Virus record (IMG/VR): IMGVR_UViG_3300044712_002668
Span: 62,001 to 126,000 of that record
DNA length: 64,000 nt
Strand: one strand, 5' to 3'
Shown here: positions 10,016 to 20,382 of the stretch, piece after piece
Layout: each line of letters opens with the position of its first letter
Position numbering within the stretch: position 1 is the first letter of the stretch
Notes under the pieces: model-generated
The model's database searches: none
Told to the model about the DNA's origin: nothing
The model's input: only the letters and a program-made list of their open reading frames with translations
Program-made: the position numbers and the translations under genes

Positions 10016-11614
10016 ATGGTTTGTTCTGTTCCTGTAAAATTTCTTTTTTATAACCCAATACTACAAGGTACTAGAACCGTAAATGCTACCGGGGATGGTT
10101 ACTCCATCTCTTTAAGTTGGTATAAAGCTGCCATTTCACCTCCATATTATAAATTGTATTATAATATATATTATTCTTCTTTTCAAGAATCTGTTTTTAC
10201 TGAGGGTGTGAAATTTATAGCTCCATCAACAATAGATCAGGTATTGTTGGAAGGTATATTCAAACCAGGAGATATTTATTTCTTTGCGGTTAGACCTACA
10301 GGGTTTGAACCTAACACGTTTTTATTTGATTCCTTACCAGATGCCGGAAATGGTTTGAAAATCTATCCTGAGTCATTGTTGGCGGATACAATCACGGCTA
10401 CAGATACTATTATTCCATTGATTGATGTAACTTCATTCCCTCCATATGGTTTGATACAAATCGGTTATGAAGCAATAAAGTATTCTTCAGTTGATTTGGT
10501 AAATAACTTATTGATATTATCATCTGTAGCGGATCGTGGTGTATACGGAAGCACCCCAAGAATACATACACCGGATGGATATGATGGATCTTTATATCAT
10601 AATCCTTTGGTTTATATGTTCAAAGGTTTTGAGGATGGAAATATTTCTATTGGTTTGGCTGAAAACAAGTTCAAAGAACAATATGCCTACACCAACACTG
10701 ATGGATACAGAGACAGACAGGATATACTGACATCTGATAAAGATGTTACTATAGTTGAAAATTCAAATGATGGTTTTCCGATATTTGACTATGCAGGATG
10801 GAGAAGAACTGATCCTGCTGATATGTTAGCTGGTAAATGTATTGGCTCATATTATGGTGGGGAATACGGATGTGCAGATGGGTATGATAGTGATGGTAGG
10901 ATTCGTGGGCTTAGTTTTCAGGATATAAATAATCAACGTCAAGAGGTGTTGTTAAACGTTACTGGAGAGCCTGTAGTTCTTTTCAAGAGAATGTGGAAGG
11001 GCAAGACATCAAAACAATATGACTCATCCCGTGAGAACACCATTTATAGGGGTTTTGATAATTATGGTACAGAATTTGTAAGTGGTTATGAACAATATTT
11101 CAATTCAAGACGTTCTGATGGTAGAATCATGGTAAGGTTCGGGCCAACGAAAGAGAATTATGAGCGTCAGGAGCCTGGTATTGAAAATGTATTCGTTCCT
11201 AATTGTTGGACATTGGTTACTCCAGCTTTGAAGGATGGAGATTTTATCATTCGTTTCAATGAAGATGGAAGCGAAGAGTGGAGATATGAGGTTCTGGATG
11301 TGGATAGGAACAGAACGGTGCTGTTGGAAAGCGGAGCACAGAAGTTTACAGTTTCCAGAGTGAGAAAGACAGATCCAATTTATCAAGTCAGGGCAATACG
11401 TGATACCAGTATGTTCCCTAAGGAATTATTGACTGGAGTTGGAAGCGCTGGGAAATTGTTGCCTCATTTGCATAGAATTGTGGTTAATGAAGGAATTTTG
11501 ACTGTATCACAAATTAATCAAATGACATCAATATCAAATGGGCACAATCATGCAATAGTCAATGGTGTGGTACAAACAGTTCTAGGACATACTCATAGTA
11601 TCATCTTACCATAA
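10016..11614 (+). CDS. Putative virion neck/head-completion protein with FN3-like N-terminus and His-rich C-terminus
   Basis: ISLSW...YNIYY...YFFAVR FN3 pattern; 4 DGY; C-terminal HLH/GHNH/GHTH; GAGG RBS. Confidence 0.5.
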   Translation: MVCSVPVKFLFYNPILQGTRTVNATGDGYSISLSWYKAAISPPYYKLYYNIYYSSFQESVFTEGVKFIAPSTIDQVLLEGIFKPGDIYFFAVRPTGFEPNTFLFDSLPDAGNGLKIYPESLLADTITATDTIIPLIDVTSFPPYGLIQIGYEAIKYSSVDLVNNLLILSSVADRGVYGSTPRIHTPDGYDGSLYHNPLVYMFKGFEDGNISIGLAENKFKEQYAYTNTDGYRDRQDILTSDKDVTIVENSNDGFPIFDYAGWRRTDPADMLAGKCIGSYYGGEYGCADGYDSDGRIRGLSFQDINNQRQEVLLNVTGEPVVLFKRMWKGKTSKQYDSSRENTIYRGFDNYGTEFVSGYEQYFNSRRSDGRIMVRFGPTKENYERQEPGIENVFVPNCWTLVTPALKDGDFIIRFNEDGSEEWRYEVLDVDRNRTVLLESGAQKFTVSRVRKTDPIYQVRAIRDTSMFPKELLTGVGSAGKLLPHLHRIVVNEGILTVSQINQMTSISNGHNHAIVNGVVQTVLGHTHSIILP

Positions 11615-11637
11615 AGTCAATATTGGAGCATAAAGAT

Positions 11638-12225
11638 ATGACAAATCGGTATACAGGCAGCGGAAGGCAAATAGAAGGCGGAATGTTAGCCACACATAAG
11701 CAGGATTTCAACGCTCATGTGACTGGTGGAGATTGGCGTCATAAAGCAGATCAGGTTGATATGAATCCTGTTTTGACCGCTCCTTATAATGGAACAGATG
11801 TTCAAACTGTTTTGAGCGAATTGGTTACAACAGTTTCGGGTCAAAGAATTGGAGAGGGACAGGCTTCTGTAAATTTTTTGGGTGTAACTGTTCTATATCC
11901 AATAAACATGAATCCTGCACAATATCCGCAATACAGGGTTGAGTGTACAAGTACAGGAACATTAGCTACCAATAAAACAATAAATATATATTTTTCACCA
12001 GCTATGACGTTGGGAAATCAATTTATACTTATGGTTAAAACCAGTGCGGTGACATTTGGAAGTTATCATATTGAAATTGCCTTTCCTGATTTTGCAGCCA
12101 ATGCAATTTTCAGCGGAATTGATAATCAGATATATACACAGGGGTATTTCAAATATAACATAATTATATCAAAGCCTTTTTCTGGTGCAGATCAATTATT
12201 TATTACAAGAACGGATTATCTATGA
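11638..12225 (+). CDS. Putative fibre/collar-associated virion protein
   Basis: FNAHVTG..RHKADQV fibre-type N-terminal motif; likely start at ATG 11638. Confidence 0.4.
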   Translation: MTNRYTGSGRQIEGGMLATHKQDFNAHVTGGDWRHKADQVDMNPVLTAPYNGTDVQTVLSELVTTVSGQRIGEGQASVNFLGVTVLYPINMNPAQYPQYRVECTSTGTLATNKTINIYFSPAMTLGNQFILMVKTSAVTFGSYHIEIAFPDFAANAIFSGIDNQIYTQGYFKYNIIISKPFSGADQLFITRTDYL

Positions 12226-13439
12226 GTAAATTTGAACATATATCTTGTGGGGTTATTGCGGGAGCCGCCCCTTCTGGGGTTGGCGGTATACATCTTGCTG
12301 GTTCAGTTATAGCTGGCAATTATACTACTATAAATGAAGGTACAATAACCTTGAATAGTGCCGGTTGGATTCTGGCTCAAGAAGCCATTATTGCCAAAGG
12401 GGTAACTCCTAATTTTTCAAGTATTGCAGAATTAAGAGTTGGTGATAGAAGCACTGATGCTGGTGGTGCGGGAAATCTATCTGTACAAAATAACATTGCA
12501 TCTTCAGGGTATATTAAAGTTGGATCTCCAACATACCATACAATTGCTGTTGGTGAAATTTCAGCTCAAAACAGAATATATTCAGAAACAGGATTTACTG
12601 CTGTAGCTTCACCTGGTGCATTTTCATCAGCTATAACACCTACAGCTGTAACAGTAAGTGGACCTGTTACATCTGTAACTGTTGGATCAAGTTCTTTAAT
12701 TGTAAACTCACCAGGAGGAACTACAACATTATTATCTACTAGTATTACTACTTCTGGTTATGTAAAAGCCGGAACACCAACATATCATACAATATTGGAT
12801 GGTGAGATTTCGGCACAATATGGTATATATTCAGAGACAGGGTTTACAGCTGTAGCTGCACCAGGAACAACAAGTTCTGCTATAACACCAACATCAATAT
12901 CAGTAACCGGTCCAGTTACTTCGGTAAGTTTAGGTATAAGCTCAATGGTTATTAATACGCCAGGTGGAACTACAACTTTAAATGGGACATCAATGTCCAT
13001 TACTTCATTTGGAGTAACTACAACAGTAGCCCCTGCAGGAGTTACCTCAACAAACACTCCGAGTTTATTATATAGAGGTATTGCATATAAAGATGCTGGT
13101 GGTAATGTACTATTCAATACAAAAAAAAATTATGGAACTTTTGTAAGTATTGTAGTTGACACAACAGGAACACCTCCATTTGAATTCTTTATAAGAACTG
13201 ATGTAGATTATGATGGAACTCAAAAAATGGCTTATGGTGTGGTTGTAAAAGTAAATGGTTCTTGGCAGTATCATACACCTGCTGTTGAAATACCTGTTGT
13301 TAGTATTAGATCTGGAACTTATCTAGGAAATCAAGGTTTATATGTAAGTTTTCAGTTTAGTAATGGTAGTAATTTTGACATTACAGAGTTAATAAATAAT
13401 AATGTTAATAGTTTAGATTTTTGTGTAATTGGTTATTAA
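12222..13439 (+). CDS. Ser/Thr/Gly-rich fibre-like virion protein with an internal duplication
   Basis: Low-complexity beta repeats and two ~83-aa copies. Confidence 0.5.
   Translation: MSKFEHISCGVIAGAAPSGVGGIHLAGSVIAGNYTTINEGTITLNSAGWILAQEAIIAKGVTPNFSSIAELRVGDRSTDAGGAGNLSVQNNIASSGYIKVGSPTYHTIAVGEISAQNRIYSETGFTAVASPGAFSSAITPTAVTVSGPVTSVTVGSSSLIVNSPGGTTTLLSTSITTSGYVKAGTPTYHTILDGEISAQYGIYSETGFTAVAAPGTTSSAITPTSISVTGPVTSVSLGISSMVINTPGGTTTLNGTSMSITSFGVTTTVAPAGVTSTNTPSLLYRGIAYKDAGGNVLFNTKKNYGTFVSIVVDTTGTPPFEFFIRTDVDYDGTQKMAYGVVVKVNGSWQYHTPAVEIPVVSIRSGTYLGNQGLYVSFQFSNGSNFDITELINNNVNSLDFCVIGY
12501..12979 (+). repeat. Tandem ~249-bp (83-aa) intragenic duplication
   Basis: SSGYIKVGSPTYHTIAVGEISAQNRIYSETGFTAVASPG...PGGTTTL versus TSGYVKAGTPTYHTILDGEISAQYGIYSETGFTAVAAPG...PGGTTTL. 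Confidence 0.9.
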
Positions 13440-13451
13440 GGAGCGTAAGAC

Positions 13452-13964
13452 ATGGATCCAACAACATATTTAATAAATCAAGTAAACAGTTTATTCACAA
13501 TTCAATTTCTTGTTTTTGGAATTGTTATAGGAGTTGTTACTCAAATTCTAAGAACGCTTATTGAAGGAATATGTCTTCGTATAGAACCTTATCTTCCTCA
13601 GTGGATGGATAAATATAAAGAACATATAAAACTTAATTGGTCAAATGTTATTTTGAGGGGTTTACCAATATTGGTCGGTGTTTTAATATCATACTTTATT
13701 GTTTCATATCCATACCCTGCAATTTTTGCAACATCTGTATGGGGAAGGGTATTTTTCGGCATAGTAGCTGGTAGCGCTGCAAATATTATCTATCCTTTCT
13801 TTCGTTTTTATTTGAAAACATACCTTCCAGATAATATCAAAGATCAAGCTAATGGTTTATTGGTACAAGCAGGGATAAAACCAAAACAACTTGAAAATAA
13901 AGAAGTTGAAAATCCAGTACCAACCACAGATGATGCAAACAAAGAACCACAAGAAAAATCATAA
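13452..13964 (+). CDS. Membrane protein, holin-like (about 3 TM segments)
   Basis: Three hydrophobic segments, charged C-terminal tail, AGGAG RBS. Confidence 0.5.
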   Translation: MDPTTYLINQVNSLFTIQFLVFGIVIGVVTQILRTLIEGICLRIEPYLPQWMDKYKEHIKLNWSNVILRGLPILVGVLISYFIVSYPYPAIFATSVWGRVFFGIVAGSAANIIYPFFRFYLKTYLPDNIKDQANGLLVQAGIKPKQLENKEVENPVPTTDDANKEPQEKS

Positions 13965-13973
13965 TGGAATAAT

Positions 13974-16900
13974 ATGACTGTATACCCTAGTGCTATAGAT
14001 GATGATCGTACAATAAACCGTATTGATGATAATTTGTCAGAACTTGGAACTCAAGTTATCAATCAAATTCGTGATGCCTTATTCTCTGTTGAGAAAACCC
14101 TTGGCACCAACCCTCAAGGCTCAAAAAGTTCTGTAGCGGAGCGTTTAAGTATTGTCATCAATCCTGATGGCACCCTCAACCTTGTTAGCTTGACAGGGCT
14201 TGGTATTGCTACATTGCCAATTCAAAATGTTCATATAGCCCCAGGTGCCGGTATCTCAGAAAGCAAGTTGGCTCTTGATTTTTCAACTTCTACCCTGAAT
14301 ACAAAAATCACTGTTGCAGATTCTCAGCTATTATCTATAGCTAATTTCTCTAATGAGATAAATTCAAACCTTCGTTTGCATGTAGCTGGCTCTCCTTTAT
14401 TCTTAGACAATTCAACATTGGCTAGACATGTAGCTAGCCACATTGACTTGAATGCCATCCCAACCGATGTCAGAGATATAGGGTATAGCTGGTCAGGTTT
14501 GATTGATAAAAACGGAAACCTTCGTTCAGCTACAACTGTAGCCTCTGCTCTTCTTGAAATAAATAATGATTTGGTATTACATGAGAATGGGGCGGCAAAT
14601 GCTCATACAGCAGCAGCGATATCGCTGGATACAAGCTCTTTTATAGAGATTCCACAAACCGCAACTACCGTTCAAGCTGGTTTTGATTACCTTGATAATA
14701 AAGAGTCTTTATCTACCGTTGTAGATAGAGCCACTATGAACAGTAACGGTATACCGTTGACAGCTAGAACCAGACTGTTGAGTTCTGCTACAGATGGTTA
14801 TACCACTAATGTTGTACCTGCTACCAAGGTAATGACATTCTTGTCAGAAACGCTTCACACATCCCCTACAGATGACCCTCAGTATGGCGATGATTGTGTG
14901 AAGTTCATACCAGATTCAAATACTAATTTTATATTTGATTCATACTTTACCAAGGTTGCTGTTGGTGATATTCTTCGTATAGATTATGGTGGAATTGAGT
15001 TTATATTTACAATAGCATCAATACGTTATACTCCTGGTTCAGAATGGATTGTAAGAATCAATGGAACCAATTATAAATCTTTATCAGATGGTTATGGTTA
15101 TGCCCGAATTGATCGTCCGTATTTTGATACAAATACAGCCGGTGTATTAGCTGTAGCCAGCGCTCCAACTGGCATGCTTACTCCAGGTTTTATGGAGAGT
15201 GTAGTTGTGGGCAGCCCAAGAGGAGCTACAGCGGTTGGTATAGCTTTTGATCCAAATCAAATAAATTCTAACCACTATAATTTGTACTTGCGTTTATATC
15301 CTAATGGAGATCCTTCTTATTATTTTGATTTATCAGGCATTGATGTATCTGGTAATGCGGGAACCACTGTAGGAGCCTATACCATTGATTCAGTTATTGA
15401 ATCCACAAACAAAGCTTTCAGGTCTTTGGGATATAACTATCGTTTCATAGCGTTCAATCATAAAGGACAGTTTGGAATAATGATTGCTGACCCATTGGGT
15501 GAGGCAAGCTTTACTATAATCAGCGGAGCTGTATCAGGAACAAGTATAGATGGTTCTTCATATCCCAAAAACATCATTGGAGATGCATTAAATGATGGTT
15601 ATGACGCTCTTGGATTTGGAGCGTATAAACTTGGACTGGCCTCCCCTGTTCCAGGCACTTATGTCAGTGCAATTACAGCCGCAAGTTTTAGTACAATCAT
15701 CATCCCTCCATTGCAGGGACGCAATGCTTATATAAATGGAACCAAGAGAGACTATTTATATAATCAAGGTCCTTGGGTTGCAACGGTATTGAATAATTAT
15801 ACTTCTTATTCATCTCCATCCCCACCACATCTTGAAACAGAATATGTAATAAACCAGAATCTTCAAAATATTGGTTTCAAACCTGGTAAAACAATTGTAA
15901 TTCAGCCAGAAAATATTACAGCGGTTGTAGATGGTTATGGTAGATTCATAATCAAAGAAGTTACATATATACCAGCATGTGGACTGGTTCCAGACCAGAC
16001 AGTAATCAGAGTATTGAACTCTGCTCATGGTTATGGAAATCCAGATCCTGTTCCAGTACCTGTGCCAGTTGGTGGACAGGTTATGTTATCATTATGTGAT
16101 GATTCTGTATCTTTTGATATGGTTCAATCAGTGGGTGATGATGGTGGTAATACATATCACAGATACCATGAAGTTTTTATAAACAATTTTGCCCATACTT
16201 TCAGCATAGAACGCGCTCGTATGGTAAAGCAAGTAAGTGTAGGTAGTTTACTTGGAACAAATAATGATAACTGGAGAATAAGAAGTGTTTCAGATTATCT
16301 GAAGGGATACAGAGATCCTTCTAATTTTGATAGACGCTATGTAAGGTTTACAGTAATTTCAGAATCAAATGCTGAGTATACAGCTAGACTAAGTGATCCT
16401 TTTGGAACAGAAACAGGACCAGTTGTTACTGGTAAAAAGAACATTCCAACAAAGTTCTATGACGATTCAAATTGTGAGTATGTAGAGATTGAATTTAAAG
16501 AACTGGGAACAAGCTCAACAACCATTGGAGATGGATATGTTGATATTGAAGTTTTCCCAAGTCTTGGCTTGGATGATGAGTTCTTTAGATTGGCTGGCGT
16601 AAGTCACAATGACACATTGGTTCGTGGAATAACTGACTTGAGAGAGTTTGGAACATTGAGTGAAAAGAATTTTACAAATTCTGCTATAGATTTTATTCAA
16701 CTCGGAGAAAAATATTTACACAATAATGGAATTGTAAGAGGTTTTGAATATATTGTAGCTAATGGATATAGTTTTTATTTCAAAGGTGGTGTAGCCCTTG
16801 TAAATGGAAAATTTGTTTCTGTTGACTCTCATTCTGTAGACTTTCCTATAACTACTGGGTATTATACATTCTTTATTTGTGTTACTGAAAATGGTAATTT

Positions 16901-19178
16901 ACTAAGTGTAGCTTATAATCCTGGTGAGAATGATTTCTTTGCTGGTACATATTTCAGTGATAGTGTGTATTCAATGGATGAGTTGGTAAACCAGAGAAGG
17001 AATCTAACTCCGATAGCATATGTAACTGTTAATAATGGAACGATTGTAGGGCTTGAAGATGCCAGAAGGTTTGTATTTGGAGGAGAAGGGTTTAGCTGGG
17101 GACCAAGTGATGGCAGCATCCCGGCCAGTTTCAGAAGTATGGAGGCTGTAAGGGTTTGGAATAACCTTCTTGGTGGAATAGAGGTAGAGTTTAGAATTAA
17201 AAGTATTACCTCTGAAATAGTAATAAGTAATTTATCTGCAACTCTTATTTTGTATGGTGCAAGTAAGATAGTAACCGTCACCTCAGCTCGTGGTTTGGTT
17301 GTAAACGGAGGATATTTAGTATTAAGAGATTTGGTATTTAGTTATGAATATACCCTTCAATCAGGAGATAGTTATGCTTCTGTTTATGGAGATTATACAA
17401 ATATAGCTTCTCGTTCTGGATGTATAACAAACTGGTATAATGGTGGTGCTGTAAATGTAGTGGGTGGTCTTAAAGTTGAAAACTGCCACTTTACAACAAG
17501 CAAAGCTTATATACCTCCATTTATTGGTTTATATGCTGGAACTTCAACACAACTATACAGCATATACATTCGTAAGAATAACTTTTATGGTGGAACATAT
17601 AAACTTGCAGTTGGAATTATATCCACATCTCTTTCGGCTTTTCCAAATTTGGCACCATGTACCATAGAGGGTAATAACTGTGGTGGTGGAGCAATTTTAA
17701 TTGCCCCAGACGCTGCACAGGGTGCTGGTCCTGTGTCGGGTGGTTTTACTTTAGATGGAACCTGCACTATAGAAAATAATATTTGTGGTATGATTGGTGT
17801 TTGGAATCCAGGTTATGCTTATACATGTAATATCAAAGGAAATATCTGCGGTTATATTTCCACATATCCAAGCGCAAGAGTCAATGGTGGAGGAGCTTAT
17901 GCCATTACTGGTAATGGAGGAAATAACGAAAATAATCCTAATATTGGATCTTTTGTTATCACTGGTAATACATTGGGACAGGCCAATCTTGTAGGTTCAC
18001 AGACTATAATATTTGAAGATAACCGAGTTTCATCTTCTTATAATACAGGGGCAAATGCTTGGTCTGGATTAACTTCTCTTATACCTGCCATTGCAGCACT
18101 AGCTATCAATCAACCCGGTTCAAATCTTTCTTTCAAAATTGATAAAAACACGATTTCTGGTGACTACCAGAATGGTACCGCTTTGAATCAAGGGTATACA
18201 ACCGGAATTGCAGTACTTACGGCTCCATACAACGCTAACACAGGACATGCTGGTGGTATCATTAGTATTCAAAATAATAACATTTCTGGCCTTATAGATA
18301 GCGTTGGAAATACAATTGGTATTCTATATAGATCAAATTTTCATGATACTGAAATTGGAATTATCAAGTCAAATACTATAACTCGTGGTACAAGTAGTAT
18401 ACGTCACTATATAATGGTTACCAGCAATAACCTGAACGATTCTACTCAAATAGAAAATGTAGTAACTATATCTGAAAACTCAATTGACAGCAATTATTGT
18501 GAAATTAGCTTGTCTAACAAAGATACAATTGTTGCGTACAGAACTCAATACGGCCCATACCGTGAAACGGATATGCGCAGGATTGGATATCACAACAGGT
18601 ATCAACTTAACAGCACAGCTCTTGACTGGTCTATTGGACGAGCCTCTGATGATGCTCAGCGTTTCGCTTATAATGGTGATCTTGGTCTTATAGCAGGTAT
18701 TGCTGGAAACACTTTCTGGACTGGAAGTTCTGAGGTTCCAAGGTTCCAGTATACTCTTGGTAATGATGCTTCCCTTACATCAATAGATACCCCTCTTATG
18801 TATGTGATGCCTCTTGTTCAGATTCCACCATATGTTATCTATAAAAATCTTAGTTTTACGAATGAGGTTAAAGATTACCCATATGGAACCGGATCCTATC
18901 TTGCAGTATTTCTTAAGAGACTTTCTGGAGCATTAGTACAGATTGGATCAAACATACCAATTACCACAATTGGTACACAGATATTCAGCCAATCACTTGA
19001 AGGGTTTAGTTATAAAGGTACTGTAAATGGAACTGGATTTAATGGAGGCCCATCTGTTGGTGACAGCGGACGCTACATATCTGCAATCGTATTCAAATGG
19101 CATTGTGCTGGTTCTTTACCAGGAGGAATACCTGATATGAATATTTCTAATTTATTTCTGGATTGGTATTATCCATAA
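13974..19178 (+). CDS. Large tail fibre/tailspike-like protein with a C-terminal beta-helix region
   Basis: N-terminal YPSAIDD...INQIRDAL..EKTLGTNPQG anchor-type motif; repeated IxxNxI/IxGN beta-helix rungs in the C-terminal third; 5 DGY in the N-terminal half. Confidence 0.65.
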   Translation: MTVYPSAIDDDRTINRIDDNLSELGTQVINQIRDALFSVEKTLGTNPQGSKSSVAERLSIVINPDGTLNLVSLTGLGIATLPIQNVHIAPGAGISESKLALDFSTSTLNTKITVADSQLLSIANFSNEINSNLRLHVAGSPLFLDNSTLARHVASHIDLNAIPTDVRDIGYSWSGLIDKNGNLRSATTVASALLEINNDLVLHENGAANAHTAAAISLDTSSFIEIPQTATTVQAGFDYLDNKESLSTVVDRATMNSNGIPLTARTRLLSSATDGYTTNVVPATKVMTFLSETLHTSPTDDPQYGDDCVKFIPDSNTNFIFDSYFTKVAVGDILRIDYGGIEFIFTIASIRYTPGSEWIVRINGTNYKSLSDGYGYARIDRPYFDTNTAGVLAVASAPTGMLTPGFMESVVVGSPRGATAVGIAFDPNQINSNHYNLYLRLYPNGDPSYYFDLSGIDVSGNAGTTVGAYTIDSVIESTNKAFRSLGYNYRFIAFNHKGQFGIMIADPLGEASFTIISGAVSGTSIDGSSYPKNIIGDALNDGYDALGFGAYKLGLASPVPGTYVSAITAASFSTIIIPPLQGRNAYINGTKRDYLYNQGPWVATVLNNYTSYSSPSPPHLETEYVINQNLQNIGFKPGKTIVIQPENITAVVDGYGRFIIKEVTYIPACGLVPDQTVIRVLNSAHGYGNPDPVPVPVPVGGQVMLSLCDDSVSFDMVQSVGDDGGNTYHRYHEVFINNFAHTFSIERARMVKQVSVGSLLGTNNDNWRIRSVSDYLKGYRDPSNFDRRYVRFTVISESNAEYTARLSDPFGTETGPVVTGKKNIPTKFYDDSNCEYVEIEFKELGTSSTTIGDGYVDIEVFPSLGLDDEFFRLAGVSHNDTLVRGITDLREFGTLSEKNFTNSAIDFIQLGEKYLHNNGIVRGFEYIVANGYSFYFKGGVALVNGKFVSVDSHSVDFPITTGYYTFFICVTENGNLLSVAYNPGENDFFAGTYFSDSVYSMDELVNQRRNLTPIAYVTVNNGTIVGLEDARRFVFGGEGFSWGPSDGSIPASFRSMEAVRVWNNLLGGIEVEFRIKSITSEIVISNLSATLILYGASKIVTVTSARGLVVNGGYLVLRDLVFSYEYTLQSGDSYASVYGDYTNIASRSGCITNWYNGGAVNVVGGLKVENCHFTTSKAYIPPFIGLYAGTSTQLYSIYIRKNNFYGGTYKLAVGIISTSLSAFPNLAPCTIEGNNCGGGAILIAPDAAQGAGPVSGGFTLDGTCTIENNICGMIGVWNPGYAYTCNIKGNICGYISTYPSARVNGGGAYAITGNGGNNENNPNIGSFVITGNTLGQANLVGSQTIIFEDNRVSSSYNTGANAWSGLTSLIPAIAALAINQPGSNLSFKIDKNTISGDYQNGTALNQGYTTGIAVLTAPYNANTGHAGGIISIQNNNISGLIDSVGNTIGILYRSNFHDTEIGIIKSNTITRGTSSIRHYIMVTSNNLNDSTQIENVVTISENSIDSNYCEISLSNKDTIVAYRTQYGPYRETDMRRIGYHNRYQLNSTALDWSIGRASDDAQRFAYNGDLGLIAGIAGNTFWTGSSEVPRFQYTLGNDASLTSIDTPLMYVMPLVQIPPYVIYKNLSFTNEVKDYPYGTGSYLAVFLKRLSGALVQIGSNIPITTIGTQIFSQSLEGFSYKGTVNGTGFNGGPSVGDSGRYISAIVFKWHCAGSLPGGIPDMNISNLFLDWYYP

Positions 19179-19805
19179 TTAACAAGCGGAGTTGTCAATT
19201 GCCCACTGTTTGCAGTTGGCAAAACCGTCAATCGAACCAGCAGATGTACAAGTTGGATTATTATTACGGTTTTTGTAACAACAACTTGTATTCATAATTG
19301 GTCGTTCGTATTGAACCTTCCAAAAACACTTATCAATAATCCCACAGCCAGTAAACCAATCATTATCATTAATGTGCCTACAACTATAGTTATTATCTGG
19401 GTTGGCCATGAACTCTGCTACCAATTCATGACACGTTTTTGGTACGCAGGTTCCGCTACCAGCACTCCCTGCAACTGGAGCCCCGGCACTGCCCGCAATG
19501 GGAGCCGCCCCTGCCGAACCGGCGGTAGTCTGCCCCGCTTGCCCAGCCACCTCAACCGGGCTCCCGCCCGCCGCCGTAGAACTCCCATTGCCCGCAACCG
19601 GGTTGGTGCCGCTCCCTGCCGAACCCGCAACAACCGGAGCCAAACCGGCCATTCCAGCAGCACTAGAACCAGCCTGCGATGCACCAGCAGCAGACGGAAC
19701 CGGAACAGAAGAAGTAGTAGTAGCGGAAGTTCCTTCGTTACCAGAAGAACAACCGAAAATTAGAATAGAGGCGCAAAATACTGTGATGTTGGTAGCGAGG
19801 TTCAT
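19179..19805 (-). CDS. Lipoprotein with AGSAG-type low-complexity linker and Cys-rich C-terminal domain
   Basis: Signal peptide with lipobox IFGC; AGxAG repeats; CVPKTC; locally GC-rich. Confidence 0.7.
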   Translation of the reverse strand: MNLATNITVFCASILIFGCSSGNEGTSATTTSSVPVPSAAGASQAGSSAAGMAGLAPVVAGSAGSGTNPVAGNGSSTAAGGSPVEVAGQAGQTTAGSAGAAPIAGSAGAPVAGSAGSGTCVPKTCHELVAEFMANPDNNYSCRHINDNDWFTGCGIIDKCFWKVQYERPIMNTSCCYKNRNNNPTCTSAGSIDGFANCKQWAIDNSAC

Positions 19806-19814
19806 AACTCTAGG

Positions 19815-19843
19815 AGTCTAACCTACCTCATCCTACTTGTCAA
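19815..19843 (-). promoter_or_regulatory. Sigma70-type promoter for the lipoprotein gene
   Basis: Minus strand TTGACA-N17-TAGACT, 9 nt before the ATG at 19805. Confidence 0.75.
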
Positions 19844-19863
19844 CATCTTTTTTCTTTACACTT

Positions 19864-20358
19864 TTACTGTAACCCACCAAGAATTAGAACAGCATAAGGA
19901 ACATGCACCTTCTGCAATCCAACATTTTTATCTAGAATTATTTGATTACTAGAAAACTTAGTAACTATATCGTCAAGTACAAGAAACTTTCCAGTAAACT
20001 TTCTGTTCTTTATCCAGGCAGCGATATCGTCAGATTTTGATCCTATAGGATATGTGTCTGGAGTTACATCTACAACGGAATTGCGAATCAGAGAGTATTC
20101 ATCGAAAGGCAAGATATCTTTTATAGATTTGTACAAGAATCTTTCAAAGATATTATCCTGAATAGATAGTCCCTTCAAGCGATAGCTAGAAGATACAACA
20201 ATCTTGGCACCGGTAAGCCGGAGAATATCGGTCAGGGCTTCCAGTGATTCGCGCAAGAAAATAGACTTGGAATCATTCAAGGTTCCATCTACATCCAGAA
20301 AGATTACTTTATCTGGATTTACAAAACTGTAATAAACTTTTGATAGTATGTTTATCAT
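19864..20358 (-). CDS. HAD-superfamily protein (Swiss Army Knife RNA-repair-like HAD domain)
   Basis: IFLDVDGTLN, IVVSSSYR, VLDD motifs. Confidence 0.8.
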   Translation of the reverse strand: MINILSKVYYSFVNPDKVIFLDVDGTLNDSKSIFLRESLEALTDILRLTGAKIVVSSSYRLKGLSIQDNIFERFLYKSIKDILPFDEYSLIRNSVVDVTPDTYPIGSKSDDIAAWIKNRKFTGKFLVLDDIVTKFSSNQIILDKNVGLQKVHVPYAVLILGGLQ

Positions 20359-20382
20359 ATTGCATATTTTCCTATAACTATC

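Noticed and set aside
12501-12979. Diversity-generating retroelement template/variable repeat pair
   Set aside because: Both copies are in-frame in one gene, differences are not confined to adenines, and no reverse transcriptase is present
19311-19821. Plus-strand and alternate-frame ORFs over the GC-rich patch
   Set aside because: Shadow ORFs caused by high GC; the minus-strand lipoprotein has the signal peptide and promoter
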